Shown here in pieces: positions 13,063-25,922 of a stretch of 64,000 nucleotides of DNA. Source of the stretch: Vicugna vicugna (lineage: Eukaryota); the NCBI GenBank assembly GCA_013265495.1, contig MU058423.1, positions 137,061-201,060 of the forward strand. The letters are read 5' to 3'. The first letter of the stretch is position 1, and every line of letters starts with the position of its first letter. A program made the position numbers and the translations under genes. The notes beneath the pieces were generated by a model, which was not told the origin of the DNA, ran no database searches, and saw only the letters and a program-made list of their open reading frames with translations.

Positions 13063-15246
13063 AGTTTCAGTGTTTTTTTAAATGCTTTTAGTAAGCATGT
13101 ATTTGCTTGGTAATCAGAGGGGAAAATGACAATGGAAACAATTAGCAACAAACCAAACTTTCAAGACCCAGAGGATAGAAGCAGCCTGATCCAATGTCAG
13201 GAGTCAGACCCAGGTGTGACCTTTTGGTGTTTAATTTCTTTATCTATAAAATGGAGATAATATTTCCTAAGTATCTACTTCATATGATATAGTTAGAATT
13301 ACATAAGATAGTATTTATAAAAGTAACTGGTGGTAAATAAAGATTCATTTTTTTATGCTTTCTATTAAAGCAGGGGTTCAGATATAAGTGACTGGGGTTA
13401 GTGAGATTAGGAATGAAAGACTCGGGGTGAGAGCCTGAACCAGGCTCCTGGGGCCCATTGCACCCTATCTTGGGTGCTCTCTGCTGTCTTTGTGCAGCGG
13501 GCAACCCAGCCCACTTCATTAGCCTCTTTGAAAAGAGAAATTCCACTCCAGCTCCATCTCTGGTCTTACTTACTCATCTCTGGGATCAGATTATTTTGCT
13601 GATATTTGGTCTTTTCCACCTTCATGAGGCATATATGTCCTTAAAGTTATTTTACATAATTCAAGGAATTACTCCCTTTCCCCTGCTGTCCCTGCCACAT
13701 TTTTCTGGCCCTCTACAGCTCTGTGTCTGTCTGTATCTCTCCTCCATCCTCTTCTTTCCCTCTCTCTGGAGGCCAATTAGCATTCACAGATATGTCCTTT
13801 ACAGTTATATCTTCAATGTTTTAAAAATGTGAATGGCAAGTGAGGTTTCTAGTCTGAAGTTTCTCCTTTGAAGTCTTCTAACAAGTCACCAGAGACTGAT
13901 AAAGCTATAGAAGTGATGTCTGGAATACTGAGACAGGATCTGAGCTCTGTTGCTTCTACGAGGGAAGGGGCAGCATGCCCCAGATTTCCCAGACAACCCT
14001 TGAAGAATCCCCTCTGAGGTTTCCTCCCAAGCCTGTCTGGAGATGCTACAAGAAGGATGGAGAATATGAGCTTCTTCACCTACAGAGAGATCACGGCCAC
14101 GCAGATGCTCAGAGCTCCACTGACAGAGCCGCACTCTTCCTGCTCACCCTCCAGCACCATGCACTTACCCTGCCCCTCACACGTGTCATAGATTCTGCTC
14201 CACACAATCAGATAAGTCTGTGTTCACACTCAGCCCACAAACCAGAGACACACAATAGCTATTTACTGTGTGCCTACTGCAAAGATATTACACACATCGT
14301 TCTCAAGTCATTATACTTCCTGTACACAAATAGGAGTTATTAACTGCCTTCTCCTGGATGAAAACACTGGCTCAAAAATGTGAAGTATTTTGCCTGAAGT
14401 CACAGAGCTGGCAAGCGGCAGAACCAGATTCTAACTTCCAATCTGTCTGGTCCTTCTGCTGTGTGCACTGCCTTCCAGCCAGAAGTTAGACCCTAACACA
14501 AGCTAGTTAGTGTAAAGAACACTCAACCTGATGGACCTTGATGGGAAGAAGCTGTTTTCCTCTGTCAGGCAAGTTGATTTTCTGCAGAAAGGAAGCTTGA
14601 TTCTTAAATAAGCTTCAGCGTTGTTATTGCCTTCTCCCTCCTCCCCTTACTATTTCTTGGAATTGCATTTTGTTCGAAAAAAATAAGCTCTGACCATTCA
14701 CTTAAATTATTTCAGTCAAATGGCAGAGAAAGCATCCAAAGGGAACTGCAGAGCTTGGCCACTTCCTTCAGCCCTTTGTCCAGCCCAGGAGCAGCTCCTA
14801 CAGCATCGAAGGAGCGGGGACCTTCAAGACCTCCGAGGAGCTGCAGCCTCCGCCAGCTGGCAGCAGTTACATTAAATCTACGTGAATGTTGTTTTCTCCA
14901 GCTCCAGACTTGGGGAAAGTCATGTGTCAGAGGTGAAGGAATAGGCGTTATTATTTGATTCATTTCTAATAAAGTGAAATTTAAAACTAGTGGAGAAAGG
15001 GAAAGCACATCTAACATGTTATTAACACCTGGTCTTCCACAGCTGCCACTCTGTAAATCCTAGAATAGAAGAAATGGAAAGGCATCTATCCACATGGGCT
15101 GTTAGAGGAAGGTCTCCTGTGGCTCTAAATACACTCATCTCCTGCAGACCAGCGTGCATGTGCACTCGTGCGCGCGCACACACACACACACACACACTTC
15201 AAAAACACACGCAGAGCCTTGAGAATGTTCCTCAAGACACGGTAGT

Positions 15247-15343
15247 CCGACGGGTGGGTATAGCTCAGTGGTAGAGCACATGCTTAGCATGCAAGTAGCC
15301 CTGGGTTCAGTCCCCAGTACCTCCATTAAAAAACAAAACAGAA

Positions 15344-15371
<28 letters not shown>
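15247..15371 (+). mobile_element. tRNA-Ala-derived SINE (vic-1-like) with (TAA)n tail
   Basis: GGGTATAGCTCAGTGGTAGAGCACATGCTTAGCATGC...CCCAGTACCTCCA body, A-rich/(TAA)n tail, imperfect TSD acacggtagt/acatggtagt. Confidence 0.8.
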
Positions 15372-15374
<3 letters not shown>

Positions 15375-15714
15375 TGGTAGTGATTCAACAAGCATTTATA
15401 GGATTAGATTCTGTAAGGAAGACGGAAAGTAGAATGAAAGCAAACAAAAATCCTTTTTTTGTTGTCGAATAAACAAATTAATGATCAAATAAGGGTTCCT
15501 GTAACAGATATGTATTGAGTAAGTATTACATGCCAGGCCCAGTGTCTGGAGCAGGGGCTATAACAGCAAACAATAAATGGTGAATAAGCCACAGCCTCTG
15601 GCCTCAATATGTTTACAGCCGATCGGAAGAGAAAACCAAGTAAACGGGCAACTTCAAAACCTTGTGATAAATGCTGTAATATTAACTCTGCCCAGGCTTA
15701 CATTCCACCTACTT

Positions 15715-16097
15715 GTCCCCAAATTGATTTATAAATCACACATAGTCCCATGTGGGGAAGGAGGAGGGTAGAGCTCAGTGGTATAGCAAGTGCTCAGCAT
15801 GCACAAGGTCCTGGGTTCAATCCCCAGTACCTACATTAAACACACACACACACATATACACCCACACAAAATACAAATCACACATAGTCCCAATCAAAAT
15901 TTCAGCAGGGCTTTTTGTAGAAATTGACAAGCTGAATTACAAAATTCATATGGAAATGCAAAGGGCCTGGAATAGCCAAACATTAAAAAGAACTAAAAAA
16001 AAAAAAAAAGGGAACTAAATTGGGAAAGCAACTCTATCTGATTTCAATACTTATTATAAAGCTAAGGCAATCAAGACACTGTGGTCTTGGCATAAAG
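15715..16097 (+). mobile_element. Old L1 ORF2 fragment interrupted by the SINE
   Basis: Translation IPIKISAGLFVEIDKL..KFIWK is L1 ORF2-like, followed by gatttcaatacttattataaagct...aatcaagacactgtgg. Confidence 0.7.
15751..15874 (+). mobile_element. tRNA-Ala-derived SINE (vic-1-like) inserted in an L1 fragment
   Basis: Same tRNA-like body; perfect 18-bp TSD aaatcacacatagtccca at 15733-15750 and 15875-15892. Confidence 0.85.
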
Positions 16098-18119
16098 TGT
16101 GCCTGCAGGTGGGATGTGAGTGGTCATGGAGAGACAGGAGATGGGGTAGGCAAGTCATGCAGCATCCTGGGATTCGGTCCTGTTTCTCTCTCCAACTAGC
16201 CGTGGTCCCTGGGCTTCAGAGCACCGGTAAATCAGATGACAGCTAGGTTTTCTCACAGCTCTGAAAGGCCGTGCCTCTGAATTGGGCCAAGTGTCTGGGG
16301 GCACAGCTACAGCCTACACTTGAATTGAGAAGTTGTGGATTTCACAAATAACTGGGGAGCAACTCTGGGCAGTCACAGGCAGGGGAAGGAGTCTACATAC
16401 TTGGCCTAGCAGATAGAGGTGAGAGAAGGGAAAAGGAAGTGGCTGGTTTCACAGCGTTCACATCATCACACACTCATACCTATACTCAGAGTCCCGAAAA
16501 CTAGGGTGGGAGTAGAACACCCCTTGCTCAGACCAACAAGGATTGGCCAGTTCCCTCTCTCTCACCTGCTGCTTCTGTCCACAACATCCAGCTGCCACTG
16601 AAGTGGCCCCCCGGGGCCTCTCCATGTGAACGTTCCCTCCCCCCATCCCTTCCCTGTCAAGCCACAGACTTCCCTCCCAGAAGCTTTGAGGGCTGCTTTG
16701 GTGAGAGGTGTAGTTAGCTTGCTCCCAAACCTCTGCTTCTCATTGTGTGAATTGGGCAAGTCCCTCAACGTCTCTGCTCCACAGGGTCCTCTCCTGGGCA
16801 GGGCGGGTAAGTGTTGTACCTCCTAGCATTAGGATCATGAAGGGACTTAAACAGTCACTGTCATAAGTGCTTAGAACAGTGCCTAACAGATGGTAAGATG
16901 GTAGGCACTCTGTGAGTGTTGCTATTAACAAGTTTATTTTATTCTCCAAGACTGGGCATGGCAGAGACCACTGTTTCTCTCTGAGAACCAAGGAGTCTAC
17001 TGGGAGGGACCAAAATAAGAGACAGGCGGGAGGTCACTGTGGCCACGGTGGTCACCAAACTTCTCACTCCCATCCCATCTGCTCCAGAGCCATCTCTCCT
17101 CTCTTCCACTCTGCCCAGGGTCCCAGTCCCTTCCATCTTGACTTGTCTTCCTCCTCCCTCTGATTTAGGAATCTGGCTAGGGAGATGGGGAAGGGGAGGG
17201 AGAGAAGGCAGGAGTGAGGACGGGGAAGAAAAGAGGAGGAAGGAGATTTCCTTTCCTCTCCTGTTTCTTTTCTTGGGGGCAGGGGAGGGGCAGACTTCCA
17301 AACAGGGGCCTAGATCCATTCCAGCCATGCACTTTGGTAGAAAGAAACGTTACCATGTTGTAATTCTTCTGTGTTAGGCAGACTTTTTGTCCCCAAGGTC
17401 ACACCACTAGATGCCATTGCAGGTCAGCCTCACTCTGAAGTCCAAGCTCTTTCTACTTCCTCACCCTGGGAACCAACTGGGAGTGTCCACCCCCACCTAA
17501 CTCCCTCCAAAGGGAACGGCGTGTCCTGCCCCCATCCCCAGGCAAGGCGCCCTCCCCACTTCCCCCTACCCTCTGCTGCCCCAACCCCGCACCTGCCCTC
17601 AGCACCCAGCCAAACCTCTCCCCTTAACTAAAGCAGCCTGGCTTGCTGCTCTCATCCTCCCATTTCTGTCAACTTCTCTGCATTCAAGTTTCGACATTCT
17701 TTGATGTTTTCTTACTTTAAGACAAAGATTGAATTTTTAATCAGCAAATTATTATGTTCATTGAGTTCATGACTTTGGTTAATGTCACCAGTGGAGTCTA
17801 CCCCCATCCTCTCCAGTCCCTATCACAGATTAATGAAGCCTGTGACAGTGGGGAAGCAAGACTGGGGTTGGGCTTCCTACCAGCTGGAGAGGTCATGCCT
17901 CAGGTGTCTTCCCCTGAGCCCAGGGCTGGGTGTGCCCCGAGTGAGCAGGGGCACCAGGAGCCCTGTGGTGCCTTATAGCTACCTATAATTACAGGCACAG
18001 TGACATTTCAGAGGCTGAGCCTGCTTGTCTACCTGTTTCAGTTTTAATGGTTCCTACATCTTCCTCCCAGAGCTCACTCCCCTCTCCTCTCTTCTGCCTT
18101 GATCAGAATACTATGCTGG

Positions 18120-18197
18120 CTCACTCTCTCTTTCTCTCCCGCTCTCTCGCTCTCGCTCTCACTCGCTCTCACACACGCGCACACACACACACACACA
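18120..18197. repeat. Compound (CT)n/(CA)n microsatellite
   Basis: ctctctc...gctctc...cacacgcgcacacacacacacacaca. Confidence 0.85.
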
Positions 18198-19227
18198 AAT
18201 ACTTTCCAACCCCAGGTAGGACTAGCACACAGAGGCCCAGAACAGGAAGCGGAGCGGGAGAGCTGAGAAATAAGGGAGATGATTCCTGTGCTGCCCTCCC
18301 CATGCCATGTGAAAGACCTTGGAGCTGTTGTTCCCAGGGTCCTTCTGTCTGACAGGAGACAAATCCTCACCTGTAAGCGCACATCTAATGCCCCAGAAGC
18401 CACACAGGAGCACACACAATAGACACTGGGCCAGCACGGTTGGAGGGCAGCATCATCCCAGGATGCTGGCCTGAAGGTGGGAGGCAGGAGAAGGAGGGAA
18501 CGTGGCTTCAGAGGAGCCACCCGGGGACACCAAGTGGCAGGGGAAGGAGGAGGCGGCTTAGGCAGGATTAGCTGGGCAGCTCTGCTGTGTCTGCATCTCC
18601 CGTAATGAAACATTTGCCAGAGACTAATTTCTCCTCAAAGAAAACTCATTCTTAGACTCCATCTGTGTATTAATTTCAGAGCAACTTAGTTTTCCCTGAT
18701 CCAGGGAAATCCTACAGAACAGTGACCCACATGGGTCACACATGGAGTGCTTATTCTTTGGCAGGACTGCACACTCCCATCAGCTCACCTCCCTAATTCC
18801 ACCCTCTCCCATCCCAGATCAGAACAGCAAATGCTTATTTCATGCCACTTGCTCTACACAGACATATGTGTTTCATGTAACACCACTGTGAACATACTGT
18901 TATTCCCTGTACTTCATCAATGAGAAAACACATGATGGTAGAGTGATGAGAAGGACATAAAGAGGGTAAATAATTCTCCTAAAGACACTCAGCTAATAGG
19001 TTGTGGGACCTGATTTAAAGCCTAGATGCTTGTTTCCAAGGCAACAGCTTGAACCACTGTGCATCACTGCCTCATAGATAATCCACAGTCTACTTTCCCC
19101 ACATAGAGAAGACACAGCAAAGCCCTTTCTGGAAGCTTGGGGCTTTGGCAGTTCCATGAGCCCTTATCAGAGGCTGAGGGAGACCAGGATTCAGTCTGAG
19201 GCACACTGAGGGACAGGTTCAAGAGTT

Positions 19228-19316
19228 GGGGGAGAGCACAGCTCAGCAGCAGGGCGCATGCTTAGCATGAAGTCCTGGGTTCGATCTCTAGTACCTCCAT
19301 TAAAAAAAAAAAAAAA
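19228..19316 (+). mobile_element. tRNA-Ala-derived SINE (vic-1-like)
   Basis: AGCTCAG...GCGCATGCTTAGCATG...GGTTCGATC...GTACCTCCA plus poly(A); flanking aagagt(t)gg repeats. Confidence 0.75.
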
Positions 19317-21257
19317 GAGTGGAGGGGGACCAGAAGCAAGTAGACTTAGAACAACCAACAGCCATGAGGCACCAACTATGGGGCATCAGCCTAGAGGTGC
19401 CATAGGAACCATTTCCTCTGGTTTTCACTTCTCAGACAAGGACTCTTGCTCCAGAGCAGATCTGACCTGCCCACAGCTGCCCAACATAGGGACAAGGTAT
19501 GAGTCCAGGCAATGTGGCTCCCAAGAGAGGCTGCTGGGGTCCTCTCAGACTCTTGGTCTCATTCCCACTGCTCTCTCTGCCCATCATGGTACTCCTCTCC
19601 CTAGGGAGTAGCTGTACCAACATGGGACAGCTGTCCTTTCTACCCTCCAGTCTCCACCCTGGACCACTTTGACTGCTCAGGGTGAGGAGGCTGGCTAAGA
19701 TCTGAGATGCCAGCCAGGCAAGGAGGTGGCGGGAGAGACAAGCTGCAGCCAGACCAGCCTACTGAGACACTTGGCAGGACCTCAGCCCAGGAGGCCCTGG
19801 AACTTGGGGGTCAGAGGGAGAATCACACGTTAAACGAGACACGTTTGCTTCTTGATCTACACTGACTTAAAGTTCAGGTCTGTGGTTTTCACAAGGCTCA
19901 GGTCTGCAGCTGGGCCCAAGGCCCTGATGGCCAAGCACCAGGTTATGGGTCCAGACACTTAATAGCTTTGTGGTTTGTGAGCAAGTTCTGGTCCTTTATG
20001 TGAAGAATAGGATCATAATAATCCTTTCCTTAAAGAAAAATAAGTGCTGACATTCACATTTTGGCAAATCACAAGTCCCCTCCGTTCTCTCCTTCTCCAT
20101 GTTAATCCCCCTCTTCCCTTCCCTATTCCCAATGGCCCATCAAACAAGAGTCAGTCAGGTTGTGATCCCTTATACCCAAGTATAAAGCACTCCTCAGCCC
20201 ACTGCCCCCTTACCCCGCCCCACACTGTTGAAGAGACCAAGGAGACAAAGTGTATAGAAATGCTTTGGCAATGGCCAAATGTTTTGCAAGTATTAAACAC
20301 ATGTCCCAGTTTGTGCAAAGCCTTTTCTACAGAGTGTCAGGAAATCAGTGAGTTTCAAGTCTTTGTCTTCTCTGCCAGTGGATAGGGAAGGAGATTGTAG
20401 ACTGCCTGCTATGGACTGCTGCATCCAGCACAGCTCAGGACTGTCTCTGAGGACGGGTGAGACAAGACTTAAGAAACAAAGAGACAAAGTAAAGAGCAAA
20501 GATAGGACCAGGGGGCTCAAGATCTCGTGGATCTAGAGTGCTGAAAGCCTGGTCAACATCATATTTATTAGGAGTATACAGCTGAGAAAAAAATGCGATC
20601 AAAGCGGTGGGGCTTTAGATATTCCAAGTGATAAGCACTAAGTTCTGCTTGTTGGTTAACTGATTAATTTCAGGCCTATCCCTTCCAGGAACAATCACCC
20701 TCTTTGGGTTATGCAAATTTTCTAAGTCTATCCTGTTATTGCCTCCAGGACATCTCGATATAGCAAATACTTCCCTCAGGTTAAACAGCATGCTTTCATG
20801 CCAGAACAAAGTTCTGTTAATAGATGATCTGGCTTTCCAGGACCATCCATTGTTTCACCCTAAAGGAAATATCTGCCCTCCTTCCTGCCCTTATGGTCAA
20901 TCTCAGGACTTCTCCTTACAAATTTTCTTTAGCATAATACATGTTATAGGTCATCTACTGTGTAAAACATTAAAACAAAGCAAGCATGTGCATATTAAGC
21001 AAGTAAGTGTGAATACAATATTTTAAGCTCATAGAAATATAGGTGCGGCTTGTTTTCTAGTTGCTTGTTTTCCGGCAGCTTGTTTCCCAGCATTGGACTG
21101 CATTATATCCCCCTAAAATTCATATGTTAAAACTCTCCACATAGTGGCTTAAATATCAGCCAGCTCCCCCTAGATGAGTGAGCCAAGAGAGTAAGGTAGA
21201 AGCCAATGCTTTTACGACCCAGCATTGTGAGTTATACTCTGTGGTTTCTGCAACATG

Positions 21258-21616
21258 GCTATGGACTGAATGTGTCCCCCCCAAATTGATATATTGAAAC
21301 CATAATCCTCAATGTGGTGGTATTTGGAGGTGGGGCCTTTGGGAGGTAATTCAGTCCTGAGGGTGGAGCCTTCATGAAAGGGATTAGTGCCCTGATAAGA
21401 AGAGACCTAAGAGAGATGAGCCCTTTCTCCCTCACAGGAAGATACAGCAAGAAGGCATCCATCTTCAAACCAGAAAAGGGTCCTTACCAGGAACCAAATC
21501 AGCTGGCACATTTTTCTTGGACTACCCAGCCTCCAAAACTGTGAGAAGCAAATTTCTGCTGTTTAAGCCACTCAGTCTATGGTGTTTTTGTTATAGCAGC
21601 CCAAACAGGCTAAGCC
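21258..21616 (+). mobile_element. MaLR LTR (MLT1A-like)
   Basis: gctatggactgaatgtgtcccc...gtatttggaggtggggcctttgggagg...ttgttatagcagcccaaac. Confidence 0.75.
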
Positions 21617-21729
21617 AAATATGATATGGGTTGCACAGATCAGCCATATTCTGTGTGAAAGAGGACTAGACAGGGGCCTGAATATAAAGGTTTTCACTAG
21701 GTGCCATCTCAAAGGCTGGCTACCACAAG

Positions 21730-23230
21730 TGCCAAGGGAAAGGATAGTCTGTTCAACAAATGGTGCTGGAATAATGGGATATCCATATAGAAAAAAAAAT
21801 GAACCTCAGTTCCTCACACCGTATTTAACTTGAAATGGCTCATAGAGCTAAAACTCTTATGTTTATGACAGGAAAACAAAGGAGAAAATCTGTGCAGCCT
21901 TGCATAAGGCAAAAGGTTTCTTAGATAAGACCTCAAGATCACAAGCCACAAAAGAAAATATTGATCATTGAACTTCATCAAAAGTAAAACACTTTTTGAA
22001 AGCCAGAGTTAAGAAAATGTAAAAATAAGACACACACTGGGAGAAAATGTATGCAAAACATATATCAGATAGAGGATTTATATTTGAAATATATGAAGAA
22101 CTTTTACAGCTCAATAATATAAAGCCAAGGACCTGATAAAAATTATCAAAAGATTTGAACAGACTTTACACTAAAGAAGGTATATGAATTTAAAACATGA
22201 ACACGTGAAAAGATGCTCAACATCATTAGTTATCAGAGAAATGAAATTTAAAAGAACAATGAGATAAGACAGGACACCTACTAGAATAACCAAAATTAAA
22301 GAGACAAATAATACCAAATGTTGGTGAATATGTGCAGAGGACTGGAACTTTTCCTACTGGTGAAAGTGTAAAATGGTTCAACGACTTTGGAAAAACAGTT
22401 TGGAAATTTCTTATAAAATTAAAAAGTTGTTTTCCACATGACCCAACAATTTCATTTCTGGGTATTTCCCTGAGAAAAGTAAAATCATGTGTCCACACAG
22501 ACTTGTTCAAATGTTCATAACAGCTTAATTCAAAATAGTCAAACCCTTCAATAAAAATTTTTAAAAATCTTGAAAATATGTCACAATCCATAGGCAGTCT
22601 TTTCAGAGACTTAGGTTTCTTTTTTGTCACTTGTATTTATTTAACTTACTCTCATTTATCAGTCCTTTGTATTACAGTCTGTGCTATTTGAGTTTTGTTA
22701 AATAAAACTCTTCTATTCTAATGTTAAAAAAAAAAAAGTCATATCCTGGGAGAAAATCCAACTGTCCACAGACAGGAGAAAGAATAAATGAATTGCAATA
22801 TAGCCAGATAATACAATATTACTCAACATTTTAAACTACTGATACTTCCAACAATATGGATGATTCTCAATAATATTATAAGTGAAAGAAGCCAGACACA
22901 AAAGACTTCATACTGTGTGAGTGCACTTATATGAAATTCTAGAAAATACAAAAACATGGTGTGTGGTGACAGAAAGCCGTCCAGTGGTTTCCTGGAGCCC
23001 AGGTGAGGAGGTGGGGGGTCGGGGTGGGCAGAGGACAGCGTTGAGGAGGGTTGTGTGGCAGGGAGGGTAGCCTGGGACAGGGCACAAGTGAACTATTGAA
23101 GAGCTGGAAATTATCTGTATCTTGATCATGGTGGTGGTGTACAAATGTGTCAAACCACAACAAACTGTCCCCTAAAAGGGGTGCATTTTACTATATATAA
23201 ACCCTACCTCAGTAAAGTTGACTTTAAAAA
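21730..23230 (+). mobile_element. Old L1 (L1M) ORF2 3' portion and 3'UTR, fragmented
   Basis: ttcaacaaatggtgctgg, aaaagatgctcaacatcattagttatcagagaaatg, GTFPTGESVKWFNDFGKTVWKFL (L1 ORF2 C-terminus-like); frameshifts and stops present. Confidence 0.75.
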
Positions 23231-23299
23231 GAAAAGGAGTCACAGCATTAAATCGGGCTGCAATTTGAACAGACAACGTCTGCACCACTTGTACCTCTC

Positions 23300-24200
23300 T
23301 CTGTTTGCATCCGCAAGGCCGTGGGCCTTTCTGCCTGGGGAATTTCCCCGAGTGTCTCGGGGGCCGCCAACGGGACCAACCGGACAGTTAACACCATTGG
23401 CAGTTGTGGTGTACTCCTGGGCATGGAGGGTGATCGAGGGCCTTCACTGTCGCATCTTTGTCAGATGTGGGGCTGAGGGTGCCGAGGTCAACTCTGCCGC
23501 AGCGGGGAGAAGATGTAGCGCATCCAAACCCCAGATCCAAACCATTATAACGAGATGCAGGCGTCTCCCGGCACATGCTCCCGCGACAACGCGGGACATG
23601 GGACGGACCTCATCTACTCGGCAGGCGGGGACCCTTGAGTCACCGAGGCTTAAGGATTGCACCATCGCGTCGCAAGACCCCGTTTGACGTGACTCAGAGG
23701 GATGCGCTCAGGACTCCGGTACACTGCTGGCCATCCGGCGCCGGTCGCAGGCAGGGGCCGGGAGAGCGAGGCAGCCTCACCCGGGGCGCCAAGTGCGGTC
23801 ACTCAGCAGGGATGTAGAAAGGAGAAAACTCCACCGTGTTGGGGGAGCTTCGAATCCTGCTAACCCGCCTTGGGACTTAGCTCTCCGCCTTCCGCGGTGA
23901 AGTCACCTCTCCGCGGACGCCCTCCACCGAGGCGAGTCCTCACTCGGGACCGACCCGCTGCTGGGAATCGCCACGAGCCTTCCAGCCCACCGCGCCCCAC
24001 TGATCCCCCACTGAAACCCATCTCGGGGATACCGCCCGCCTCAGGGGGCTCGCTCTCTCGGAGTCGCTGCCTGCTCCCTCCTCCTGCAGGGTCCTGGGCT
24101 CCGCGAGGGGCACCGCCAGACCCTCCCCATCCCGCCACTGCTGCCCGCAGAGACGCACCTCCCTCCCCAAATCTTGCACACGTCCTTCAGTCCCCCCCCC
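23300..24200. promoter_or_regulatory. Orphan CpG island with no adjacent recognisable coding gene
   Basis: Abrupt switch from AT-rich L1 to CpG-dense sequence; overlapping TGACGTGA/TGACTCA at 23685-23696. Confidence 0.65.
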
Positions 24201-24206
24201 AAAAAA

Positions 24207-24209
<3 letters not shown>

Positions 24210-24248
<39 letters not shown>

Positions 24249-24260
24249 CACACACACTCG
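24210..24260. repeat. (CA)n microsatellite preceded by C and A homopolymer runs
   Basis: Directly visible in the sequence. Confidence 0.9.
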
Positions 24261-25882
24261 CACACGACCTGCACCCCAGGCTCCCGCTCTCCCTCCTGCT
24301 CCTCTCCCTCTCTCGCATCTTCTAATCGACTAATGTCTACCGTTGCAACCAATTGTTTCTCTGTAAACTTAATTAAAAGATATTTCCTGGAAAGATTGTT
24401 GATGTTCAATCGCTTTACTAGCAAGCAGCTTAATCTTTAAAAATCAGCAACTAAAAACAAACAACGTTTGCACCTCTCATTGACTGGCAGCCGGCTATCC
24501 AGCAGATGCTTGTGCGCCGTCGGGTAAAATCGACCTCCCAGTGCGGAGCGACGGAGATAACCCCGCCCGACCCTTCAGCCTTGAGGACTGTCCCGGGTAT
24601 CATTCCCAAGGAGAAAAAAATCCAGCGCTCCCATCCTCTTGGCCAGAGATGCCTCTTGGCTCAGGCCTTGGCTAGGGTTTAGGGACAGTGCAAGGCGGGA
24701 CTCGAGGACTGCTCTCTCTGCTCCTGCAATTTGGCCTGTCGGTTCCAGGATTTCTGAGGGGCCCAGAGCTGCCTCGATGGCCCTCGCTAGTCAGCCTGGC
24801 AACAAATAGCTTCCCAGTGCCTCCTGCCCCGCCCCTCCCCCCCTCCTCCAAAAACACATTAGAGGAGCTGCTCCATCACGTGCCTTCTCTGCTGCACCTA
24901 GGCTCTGATTGGTACAGAACAAGCTGGGTCTGGGAATCCACCTGCATAAAGAAAAGTTAAAGAGAAACTTGACCTTGTGCCAGAAAAGGGAAGGTCAATG
25001 CCCTAAACTTCCTGGGAGCTAAAGGGCAGGAATTACTTACTTATGGCAGGAGCTACTTGCCCCAATCCAGCAGCCCATCCCTCCTGCACAGTGTAGCCTC
25101 CTCTCTTTCCTGGGATTCCTGGATATCAGATCCCCTGGAATTGCCACAGCGCATCTCCAAATTCCTCTTCCAGCCTTTCCTTGAAATTAGCTAAGTTTTG
25201 AGTGGTGGCCTCTTAAAATGTCATGAACCAAAAGCAACAATAAATGCTCAGTAAATGTTTGCTTTTGTCTGAATACAGCCCCAAAAAGGGACTCCAGTGG
25301 AGGGGTTATAGGCCCTGGAGAAGCAGCATGTCAGGATGCTGGGCTTTTAGTGTCTTTCAAGCAGCACATAGGTAATCTTGTGTGTGAGGTCAGTGCTGGC
25401 ACTCAGACCTCCATGATTGCAGGAGAGAGAAAAGCAAGCATCCATTAAGGAGTGGAGAGAGACTTCAGAGTTGAAAATATACTCATCTTCCTCCTTCCCC
25501 TCTCTGCACCCCCAGGCAACCACTGCTTCCGGTTCGAGGCCTTATTATTTCTTACCTGGATTATTGGCAAAACTCTTAACTGGTTTTCCCTTCTGTGTAT
25601 TCACCCTGTTATCTGGCCTTACAGCTCTATCTCTAAAGTGGCAGCTTGCCTCTTCCCTTGCCCTGGGCCCTGGCAAGGTCCTCCATCATCTTGAAACAGA
25701 ACTCAGACTGCACAGCATCCAGCTTCTTTCTGAGCTCACCCTTGGCCAACTTTCAGCCAAATATCTCTGCATCTCTCCTTACCACTTATATTCCAGCCAC
25801 AGCTAGCTATTCACTTGAACTTGTCTCAAGCCTTCCTCCTTTGCAAGTGCTTTTCCTCAACTTTTCCTCTTCCTTTCCTTCC

Positions 25883-25883
<1 letters not shown>

Positions 25884-25918
<35 letters not shown>
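25884..25918. repeat. (CA)n microsatellite
   Basis: Directly visible in the sequence. Confidence 0.9.

Positions 25919-25922
<4 letters not shown>

Noticed and set aside
15254..15325. Functional tRNA-Ala(AGC) gene
   Set aside because: T-loop altered (GTTCAGT), anticodon stem mismatches, followed by an A/(TAA)n tail and flanked by a TSD, so it is a SINE. The same applies to the copies at 9012, 15751 and 19228.
23145..23687. 180-aa ORF entering the orphan CpG island
   Set aside because: Begins inside an L1 3'UTR and resembles no protein family I recognise.
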